Virus record (IMG/VR): IMGVR_UViG_3300026549_002476
Reading direction: 5' to 3' (one strand)
DNA: 12,647 nt
DNA from: a virus
Taxonomy: Duplodnaviria; Heunggongvirae; Uroviricota; Caudoviricetes
The stretch's first letter is position 1. The number at the start of each line of letters is the position of its first letter. The notes under the pieces are model-generated. The model had not been told where the DNA came from. It made no database searches and saw nothing but the letters and a program-made list of their open reading frames with translations. Shown in pieces: positions 6,529 through 12,647 of this stretch. A program made the translations under genes and the position numbers.

Positions 6529-8346
6529 ATGGCATACAGTAAGAGAAATAGAGATAAAAAGGAAAAAGAAAGAAATAAGAATAGAAGAAAGAGAAAGCTT
6601 ACTAACTGGACAACTATTCTTATAGCAACTGTGATTATGTTTTACATAGTCCTTCAGCTTTTCACAGCTAGACAGGAACTTAAGCCAACTGCTAGTGATG
6701 TAAGTTTGCAGGAGATGTATAATTTAATTGATGAAGATAAAGTAGATACAGTTATAGTTAATGATTCATCTAATAAAGTTACACTTGAATTAAAAGATGG
6801 TACAGTAGTAAATGCAGTAAACCCTAAAAATGATACTTTCATATATGACTTACTAGAACGAGGAGCTAATGTACAAGTTCAAAAGTCTACTTGGTCAGAA
6901 GTTATCATGCGAATGATGATTGGTATACCATACATAATGATTATTTCTATGATTGTGATATACATATCAAATACAACAGTTGGCGGAAGTACTAAGATGT
7001 TCACTTTGCTTAAGCCAGAACAAAATAAGGTGACATTTGATCAAGTCAAGGGTTTAGGTGAAACTAAAAAGAATATACAGTTTATAGTTGATCAGTTTAA
7101 TAACAGCGAGAAGCTAGACGAGCTTGGGGCAAGGGCTTGTAAAGGAGTTTTACTTTATGGGCCTCCTGGAACTGGTAAAACATTGATGGCTAAAGCAATA
7201 GCTAATGAAGCTAATGTTCCATTCATTAGTGCAGCTGGTTCAGATTTTGGAGAAATGTTTGTAGGAGTTGGGGCAGCAAGAGTTAGAAGTTTGTGTTCAT
7301 TGGCTCAAGATAATGCACCATGTATAGTATTCATTGATGAGATTGATTGTTTAGGGAGGAGACGTTCTGGTGGTGGAAGTGCAGAGCAAGATTCAAATCA
7401 GACACTAAATGCTCTTCTTCAAAAGATGGATGGAATTAATGGTAATACAGGAGTTTTGTTTATAGCAGCTACAAATAGATTAGGTGATCTTGATAATGCA
7501 TTATTAAGACCTGGGAGATTTGATAGACAAGTATATATTGGGCCACCATCAACTAAAAAGGATCGTGACGAAATAGTTGATATATACTTAAAGAATAAGA
7601 AATTAGATGAAGGTGTCACACTTGATAAAGTAAGTAAATTACTTGTAGGTTTGACTGGTGCACAGATTGAAGAGTCTTTAAACGAAGCAGTTTATGTTTC
7701 TTTACAAGCTGGAAGGAATGGAGTAATTGAATTAAGTGATATTGACGAAGCAGTTATGAGACAGATGACAAAGGGTGTTAGAGTAGAACATAGTTCTAAG
7801 CGAGATACTGAGATAACTGCTATTCATGAAGCTGGTCATACAGTTGTAAATTTGTTACATGGACTTCCAGTAAGTAAAGTTTCAATCATTCCTTATAGTT
7901 CTGGTGCAGGTGGTATGACTGTGAGAGATGCTGATTTTGATGAAGATCAGAAGTTGAAATTAGAATCAGACTTGACTAAAGAAATTGATGTACTTCTTGC
8001 AGGTATGCTGGCCGAAGGGATTAAGTTTAATGAACATACTCAAGGATGCAGCAATGATCTTGAACAAGTGACTAACATGACTTATAATATGATAACAAAA
8101 TGTGGATTTTCTAATAAACCAAGTAAACATAGAATGAATGAAGAGATACTTGTTAAAAATCATATAAGATCTGAGGTTTCTAAAGAAACTATTGATGAGT
8201 GTAATGAGTACATTGAAGAAAGAGAAAAGTATACAAGAGTTCTTCTTGAAGACAATTTTGATTTAGTTGAAGCACTTGCTAATAAATTGATTGAAAAGAA
8301 AACTATTGTGAGTCCAACTTTGGATGAGATCGAATCTTGGGTATAA
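6529..8346 (+). CDS. ftsH: ATP-dependent zinc metalloprotease FtsH (divergent)
   Basis: Two N-terminal TMs flank an FtsH_ext-like domain. Walker A GPPGTGKT, pore loop [10 protein letters not shown], Walker [31 protein letters not shown], zinc site HEAGH and third ligand in GCSNDL are all present. Start moved to the ATG at 6529 (GAGGTG SD at 6519-6524); 605 aa. Confidence 0.95.
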   Translation: MAYSKRNRDKKEKERNKNRRKRKLTNWTTILIATVIMFYIVLQLFTARQELKPTASDVSLQEMYNLIDEDKVDTVIVNDSSNKVTLELKDGTVVNAVNPKNDTFIYDLLERGANVQVQKSTWSEVIMRMMIGIPYIMIISMIVIYISNTTVGGSTKMFTLLKPEQNKVTFDQVKGLGETKKNIQFIVDQFNNSEKLDELGARACKGVLLYGPPGTGKTLMAKAIANEANVPFISAAGSDFGEMFVGVGAARVRSLCSLAQDNAPCIVFIDEIDCLGRRRSGGGSAEQDSNQTLNALLQKMDGINGNTGVLFIAATNRLGDLDNALLRPGRFDRQVYIGPPSTKKDRDEIVDIYLKNKKLDEGVTLDKVSKLLVGLTGAQIEESLNEAVYVSLQAGRNGVIELSDIDEAVMRQMTKGVRVEHSSKRDTEITAIHEAGHTVVNLLHGLPVSKVSIIPYSSGAGGMTVRDADFDEDQKLKLESDLTKEIDVLLAGMLAEGIKFNEHTQGCSNDLEQVTNMTYNMITKCGFSNKPSKHRMNEEILVKNHIRSEVSKETIDECNEYIEEREKYTRVLLEDNFDLVEALANKLIEKKTIVSPTLDEIESWV

Positions 8347-8350
8347 TTAA

Positions 8351-8908
8351 ATGGAAATTATATTTGATACAGTATACAAAATATTAGAATCTACAAATTT
8401 TATAGCTATACGTAGAATATTAGCATTTCTATCTTGTATATTGGTATATAGCAGGGCAACATTATTTCACGAATATAAGATAAATACATTTAAGTCAGTA
8501 ATACCAGTGGTTTGTGAGAGAAGCCTTGGAGAATTAGGTGGGCATAAAAAGTTGGGTACAGTATATGGTATAATTTATTTAATATACTTTATATATGCAG
8601 TATTTGTTGTAGAATACATTGAACTGGTAGGTTTATTGATAAATAATCAAGTAAACTTAGGGAAATCAAAATTGATTGGAGCTATATTAACAGTAATTTT
8701 GATTGCAGGTTATTTGATATTAGTTGTAATAGCTTCAAAGATTTATTGTGGACTTTATAAGAATATATTGAAGTCTTATAGAAAATTAAATTATACATTA
8801 ATCGGAGTAATAACAGCAATAATTCCTTTTGTTTTTGAGATTATATTTGATAACATAAGTATTTTTGATACAATTAAATCTGGAAAGAGTAAGACAGTTA
8901 GTAATTAA
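8351..8908 (+). CDS. Hypothetical integral membrane protein (~4 TM)
   Basis: Starts 4 nt after the ftsH stop. Four hydrophobic segments, e.g. LGTVYGIIYLIYFIYAVFVV, LIGAILTVILIAGYLILVVIA and YTLIGVITAIIPFVFEIIF. Confidence 0.75.
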   Translation: MEIIFDTVYKILESTNFIAIRRILAFLSCILVYSRATLFHEYKINTFKSVIPVVCERSLGELGGHKKLGTVYGIIYLIYFIYAVFVVEYIELVGLLINNQVNLGKSKLIGAILTVILIAGYLILVVIASKIYCGLYKNILKSYRKLNYTLIGVITAIIPFVFEIIFDNISIFDTIKSGKSKTVSN

Positions 8909-8931
8909 GATTAAGAATTGAGGTAAAAACA

Positions 8932-9537
8932 GTGGAGATTGAACAAGCACTTGAGATATTTGGAATAAATGACATTAATACTTTGAATTCCGAGGAATTG
9001 AAAAAGCAATATAAAGCTTTAATGAAGAAATACCACCCAGATGTTTATGCTGGTGATCCAAGTATATCTCAACATATATCTGAAGCTTATCAAATATTAA
9101 AAGATACTGCTAAGAAAATTGAAGCTTACAGAGCAATAAAGGTTAAGACTAAAGTAGAAACACTGTTTGTTCCATTAAGCATTTTGATTAAAATTAGAAA
9201 CGGACGAATTTTTAAGAAGGGTGAAAAAATTCTTGACAAAGGGTCAATTGTCAGATATAATGTTGTAGCTTTGATAAGGATCAAGATTATGATAAATGGA
9301 ATAGAGGAAGTTTATAATAATCTTGAGGATTGGGACTTCTATCAGAGAGATTTTAAGACAGTATGCAATGTGGCAGTCAAGGAAGATGACATATTAAATC
9401 CTGTTCCAATAAGTATAGAAACTTGTGGAGTTAAGAGAGAACTTACTTTATCTTATGTATCAACACAATATAACATGAAGATAGATGGATATGGATTGAG
9501 CATTGTATTCAACAAAGTAATTAATAAGGAGGTATAA
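8932..9537 (+). CDS. J-domain (DnaJ-like, class C) co-chaperone with an unrecognised C-terminal domain
   Basis: GTG start with a GAGGT SD. N-terminal J domain ALEIFGI...EELKKQYKALMKKYHPDV...ISEAYQILKD with an intact HPD motif. No G/F-rich region or Zn-finger. Confidence 0.85.
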   Translation: MEIEQALEIFGINDINTLNSEELKKQYKALMKKYHPDVYAGDPSISQHISEAYQILKDTAKKIEAYRAIKVKTKVETLFVPLSILIKIRNGRIFKKGEKILDKGSIVRYNVVALIRIKIMINGIEEVYNNLEDWDFYQRDFKTVCNVAVKEDDILNPVPISIETCGVKRELTLSYVSTQYNMKIDGYGLSIVFNKVINKEV

Positions 9538-9627
9538 TAAATTACACATTCGAAGTAACTGAGCAATTAGTGTTAGACATTTAATTGTGGTAAACAACTT
9601 CACAGTCCTATGTGCAGTTAAATTAAA

Positions 9628-9795
9628 ATGAGTAATACAGTAAAATATCAGCTTGAACAGATTAGAAAGTTTGGGATTAATAATTTATATGATGTAAAAG
9701 CAGTTGTATCCTTTGCTAAAGCATTGAACTACGAAGAGTTAGCAGAGTTTATAAGTGAAAATGTGCTAAGGTATTTCGAACTATTGCTTGATTGA
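9628..9795 (+). CDS. Small DUF5049-like protein (55 aa; absent from the ORF track)
   Basis: My translation is MSNTVKYQLEQIRKFGINNLYDVKAVVSFAKALNYEELAEFISENVLRYFELLLD*. It follows my recollection of the DUF5049 pattern (V.EQI..IR..G.TNMFDV..V...A...G..EL..FI.E....Y..FIL). No clear SD. Confidence 0.65.
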   Translation: MSNTVKYQLEQIRKFGINNLYDVKAVVSFAKALNYEELAEFISENVLRYFELLLD

Positions 9796-9813
9796 TAGTA
9801 ACAGGGGATAAGA

Positions 9814-10410
9814 ATGAAAGTACAAGACCTGCATGATGAAGAACAGAATAAGAGGACTATTGATATTGGGAATAGATCCGGTGGCACTAAGCTCATAGAT
9901 ATGACTTGTCCACATTGCGGAGCTGCTCTTCATATAGATAAAGATCTTGAATATGCTTATTGTCAGTATTGTGGTACTAAGTTTCTTGTTAAAGATGAGA
10001 CTGTACATATTAAATATGACAACAGCGAACAGGCTGGCTATGAGTATGAGAGTGGTAAGTTAAGAGCACAGGAAGAGTATAGACAGAGAAGAATTGCTGA
10101 GCAACAAGAACAACAGAGAATAATACATGAAAGAATGGTTCAAGCTCAGAATGACAAAATAAAAGAACAAAATAATGCAGCAGCTAAGCATAGAAGAAAT
10201 CAAATAGCAGCTGTGTGTGCTGGCATTTTTGGTGGTTTAGTTTTAGCTCTCATTAGCACTGGTTGGGGTATGCTTGGTGGTTTAACAGGCATACTTGCAG
10301 GGTACGATTTTAAACTCAGGCATAGAAACAAAGATTATCGTGATTTGATGTATGCCTTTGGAATTTCTGCATTAGCTTTTTCAGTTATATATGTACTTAA
10401 AATTGGATAA
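9814..10410 (+). CDS. Zinc-ribbon / coiled-coil / C-terminal TM protein
   Basis: CPHCG-x12-CQYCG zinc ribbon, a Gln/Glu/Arg-rich helical segment, then 2-3 Gly-rich hydrophobic segments. AGGGG SD upstream. Confidence 0.8.
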   Translation: MKVQDLHDEEQNKRTIDIGNRSGGTKLIDMTCPHCGAALHIDKDLEYAYCQYCGTKFLVKDETVHIKYDNSEQAGYEYESGKLRAQEEYRQRRIAEQQEQQRIIHERMVQAQNDKIKEQNNAAAKHRRNQIAAVCAGIFGGLVLALISTGWGMLGGLTGILAGYDFKLRHRNKDYRDLMYAFGISALAFSVIYVLKIG

Positions 10411-10419
10411 TCTATAGCT

Positions 10420-10461
10420 AAAAGCACTGAAGCAACAATGAAGTTGCATAGGTGCTTTTTA
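10420..10461 (+). terminator. Intrinsic terminator after the zinc-ribbon gene
   Basis: Outer stem AAAAGCAC (10420-10427) with GTGCTTTT (10452-10459), inner stem GCAAC (10432-10436) with GTTGC (10443-10447), and a T-run at 10456-10460. Confidence 0.65.
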
Positions 10462-10473
10462 TTAAATAGCTAA

Positions 10474-10502
10474 TTGACTTAAAAATATAAAGGTTATATT
10501 TA
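10474..10502 (+). promoter_or_regulatory. Putative promoter for the xpaC-like/telA/lipoprotein unit
   Basis: TTGACT at 10474-10479, just after the terminator. TATATT at 10495-10500 gives a 15-nt spacer, which is short. A strong SD follows at 10510-10518. Confidence 0.45.
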
Positions 10503-10548
10503 TTTTAGAAAGGAGGGGTAGAATATTTATTATTCTACATTAGCTAAT

Positions 10549-10992
10549 ATGGAAAAGCCTAATAAAATTGCAGAAGTATTAGATGAACTGAATAAAGTGC
10601 ATAAAAAGTCTTTAGCTATAATGGAATTCCTCGGTGCAATACTAACCATGTTTGTAGTAATGGTAGTATATAAAGCACTTATGTATAAGCAGCATATGAT
10701 TGAGCATAGCGAGTTAACAAGTGTTATTTTATCTTTTATTATTGCCCTATATAGTGCTGAAAAAATTAGAAACATTGTAAGATATAGGGAAAATATAGCA
10801 ACTGCAAAGGCAGTTTATGATTTGATTTTTATAGGTGAAAAGAAGGAATCAATCAGTTTTGATGAAATGATTAACCGAACAGGATTTAAGAAAGAACAGA
10901 TTGAATTTGATCTGAAAGCTATTAATAGATGGTATGGCAAAGATAAGTTTGAATTAGACTCTGATAGTTCTATGATAACTATGAAGGGTTGA
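10549..10992 (+). CDS. 2-TM + winged-helix-like protein resembling the N-terminal half of clostridial XpaC-family proteins
   Basis: Two TMs (LAIMEFLGAILTMFVVMVVY and LTSVILSFIIALYSA), then ESISFDEMINRTGFKKEQIEFDLKAINRWY, which resembles the PCI/wHTH-like segment of TelA-linked XpaC-like proteins. It lies directly upstream of telA. The CDS is well supported; the family call is tentative. Confidence 0.6.
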   Translation: MEKPNKIAEVLDELNKVHKKSLAIMEFLGAILTMFVVMVVYKALMYKQHMIEHSELTSVILSFIIALYSAEKIRNIVRYRENIATAKAVYDLIFIGEKKESISFDEMINRTGFKKEQIEFDLKAINRWYGKDKFELDSDSSMITMKG

Positions 10993-11019
10993 TGGGGTTA
11001 GTTGAAGGAGATTTATAAC

Positions 11020-12189
11020 ATGAGTGATACAGCAGATAAGACTATTGATGAGCTTTTAGCAGAGGCACCTACAGCTTCAGCATTGTCTTTTGGGGAGCCA
11101 AAAGCTGATGTAGCAAATGTTAAAACATCAGAAAAGAAAGTAGAAACAGAGGATTTATCAAAAACACTTACACCTGCTGAAATGGAAACAGTTAAGAAGT
11201 TTGAGGATTCTATTAACATTGCAGATACAAATGGAATCTTAACTTATGGAGCTGCAACACAGAACAAAATGTCTCAGTTTTCACAAGCAACTTTGGATAA
11301 AGTTAGAACAAAAGATCTTGGCGAAGTTGGAGACATGCTAAGTGGTCTGGTTGGACAGCTTAAAGATTTTTCTACACCAGAAGAACAGAAGAAAGGAATA
11401 ATTGGTTTATTTCATAAAGCTCAGGATAAGACAGAGAGTTTGAAATTAAAATATGATAAAGTTGAAGTTACAGTTGATAATGTTTCTAATCAGCTTGAGA
11501 AGCATCAGATGCAGTTGATGAAAGATGCAAATCTGATGGATAAGATGTATGAACTTAATTTACAGTATTTTAAAGAGTTAACTATGTACATTGTAGCTGG
11601 TAAAGAAAAGCTTGAGCATGAAAGAAGTACAACTCTTGTTGAATTGCAGAATCAAGCAGCAAAGAGTGGTTTACCAGAGGATGCTCAGAAAGCAAAGGAT
11701 TTTGCAGCACAGTGTGATAGATTTGAGAAGAAGCTTTATGATTTGGAGTTGACTAGAACTATTGCAATGCAGCAGGCTCCACAGATTAGAATGATTCAGT
11801 CATCTGATATTACAATGGCTGAAAAAATTCAGTCAACTATTGTAAATACAATTCCACTTTGGAAAAACCAGATGGTTATTTCTCTTGGCATTGAACATGC
11901 TACACAGGCTTCTAAGGCTGAACGAGAAGTAAATGATATGACTAATCAGCTTCTTAAGAGTAATGCAGATAGACTTAAGACAGCTACAGTTGAAACAGCT
12001 AAAGAAGCTGAGAGAGGAATTGTAGACATTGAAACACTCAAGCATACAAACGAGCAGCTGATTTCTGCTATGGATGAGATTCTTACAATCCAGAAAGATG
12101 GAAAGCAGAAACGTCAAGAAGCTGAATCAGAACTTAATCAGATTGAAAATGAACTTAAACAAAAGTTGCTTGAAGCATCAAAATCATGA
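11020..12189 (+). CDS. telA: Toxic anion resistance protein TelA (YaaN/KlaB family)
   Basis: Family motifs ILTYGAATQNKMSQFS, VRTKDLGEVGDMLSGLV, YFKELTMYIVAGK, RFEKKLYDLELTR, APQIRMIQ, TIPLWKNQMVISLG and ERGIVDIETLKHTN. Start moved to the ATG at 11020 (AAGGAG SD at 11005-11010); 389 aa. Confidence 0.95.
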   Translation: MSDTADKTIDELLAEAPTASALSFGEPKADVANVKTSEKKVETEDLSKTLTPAEMETVKKFEDSINIADTNGILTYGAATQNKMSQFSQATLDKVRTKDLGEVGDMLSGLVGQLKDFSTPEEQKKGIIGLFHKAQDKTESLKLKYDKVEVTVDNVSNQLEKHQMQLMKDANLMDKMYELNLQYFKELTMYIVAGKEKLEHERSTTLVELQNQAAKSGLPEDAQKAKDFAAQCDRFEKKLYDLELTRTIAMQQAPQIRMIQSSDITMAEKIQSTIVNTIPLWKNQMVISLGIEHATQASKAEREVNDMTNQLLKSNADRLKTATVETAKEAERGIVDIETLKHTNEQLISAMDEILTIQKDGKQKRQEAESELNQIENELKQKLLEASKS

Positions 12190-12206
12190 GGTTAAAGAAA
12201 AAAGAT

Positions 12207-12647
12207 ATGAAAAGCAGGGTAAAAGCAGGTTTAGCAGGTTTATTGTTAGCTGGAACGGTATTATTAAGTGGATGCACTAAATCAACTGATGAAACTGTTG
12301 AAGTTAATAAAATAACAGTTCCAACTTTGTATTCAGTTGTAGGAACGGAGTATAAGATTACTGGTTCTGGCATTGGAACTGAAAATGGTTCTAAATATAA
12401 GTACCTGGATTATAAGGAAGTTTCGTCTGAAGATGCTATTAATTATATTATTGGGCTTACATATTATGATTATTACATTGTAAATGGAAGCAATGACGAA
12501 GATGATTCAGCTACAGAAATTAATATGGAAACCTGTAAACAGCTTGATGATACTCATGTGCTGGATGTAAAGGCTGTTTGGACTGGTGAAACAACTGAAA
12601 TTACTTATACTTATACAGTTGGTACACCTCCTGTACATGATGCATAA
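12207..12647 (+). CDS. Lipoprotein of unknown function
   Basis: Signal peptide MKSRVKAGLAGLLLAGTVLLSG ending in the lipobox LSG-C. An alternative start at 12186 overlaps the telA stop (ATGA). Ends with TAA at the window edge. Confidence 0.8.
   Translation: MKSRVKAGLAGLLLAGTVLLSGCTKSTDETVEVNKITVPTLYSVVGTEYKITGSGIGTENGSKYKYLDYKEVSSEDAINYIIGLTYYDYYIVNGSNDEDDSATEINMETCKQLDDTHVLDVKAVWTGETTEITYTYTVGTPPVHDA

Noticed and set aside
8932-9537. Calling the gene dnaJ
   Set aside because: Only the J domain is present; the G/F region, Cys-rich Zn finger and canonical C-terminal domains are missing.
3975-12206. ORF-track start codons at 3975, 5186, 6517, 11002 and 12186 (and 15)
   Set aside because: Downstream ATGs at 3990, 5240, 6529 and 11020 have properly spaced SDs. 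12207 gives a typical lipoprotein signal length, though 12186 stays possible. The ATG at 15 is probably internal to a gene starting upstream.
837-12373. Short minus-strand ORFs (837..1043, 5233..5436, 5517..5744, 6229..6414, 6654..6842, 7419..7619, 7966..8163, 9781..10008, 10530..10775, 11013..11219, 11833..12117, 12155..12373) and the + strand 12074..12280
   Set aside because: All overlap well-supported + strand genes as antisense or frame shadows, with no recognisable motifs.
1-12647. tRNA, rRNA, known riboswitch, IS/transposase, integrase or DnaA boxes
   Set aside because: I found no T-loop/cloverleaf signature, rRNA-like segment, DDE or tyrosine-recombinase motif, or TTATCCACA-type box by eye. 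A covariance-model search could still find something subtle.

Overview
An AT-rich (roughly 30% GC, estimated by eye), densely coding window with 15 supported genes, all on the + strand. The left part has two adjacent HD-domain nucleic-acid enzymes: the 3' end of a probable polynucleotide kinase(AAA_33)-HD fusion, cut by the window edge, and a YhaM/Cbf1-type OB-HD 3'-5' exoribonuclease. A 492-bp non-coding gap follows, containing an imperfect ~40-bp direct repeat around a 54-nt core that is almost pure A/T; after it come a GNAT acetyltransferase and two orphans. From 3990 to the end is a run of mostly membrane or envelope and protein-quality-control genes: a DUF4349 protein, a membrane-anchored protein with a near-perfect in-frame 24-bp tandem repeat (TEDSTEAS x7), a complete but divergent FtsH, a 4-TM protein, a J-domain protein, a 55-aa DUF5049-like ORF missed by the ORF track, a Zn-ribbon/TM protein, an XpaC-like 2TM-winged-helix protein, TelA and a lipoprotein. 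FtsH and YhaM outside their usual chromosomal context, many orphans, a phage-type PNK-HD and a single coding strand suggest a large phage or other large extrachromosomal element of a Clostridia/Lachnospiraceae-like host. This is inference: no hallmark virion or replication gene is present. No tRNA, rRNA, CRISPR array or transposase was seen. All family calls come from motif recognition, not database searches.
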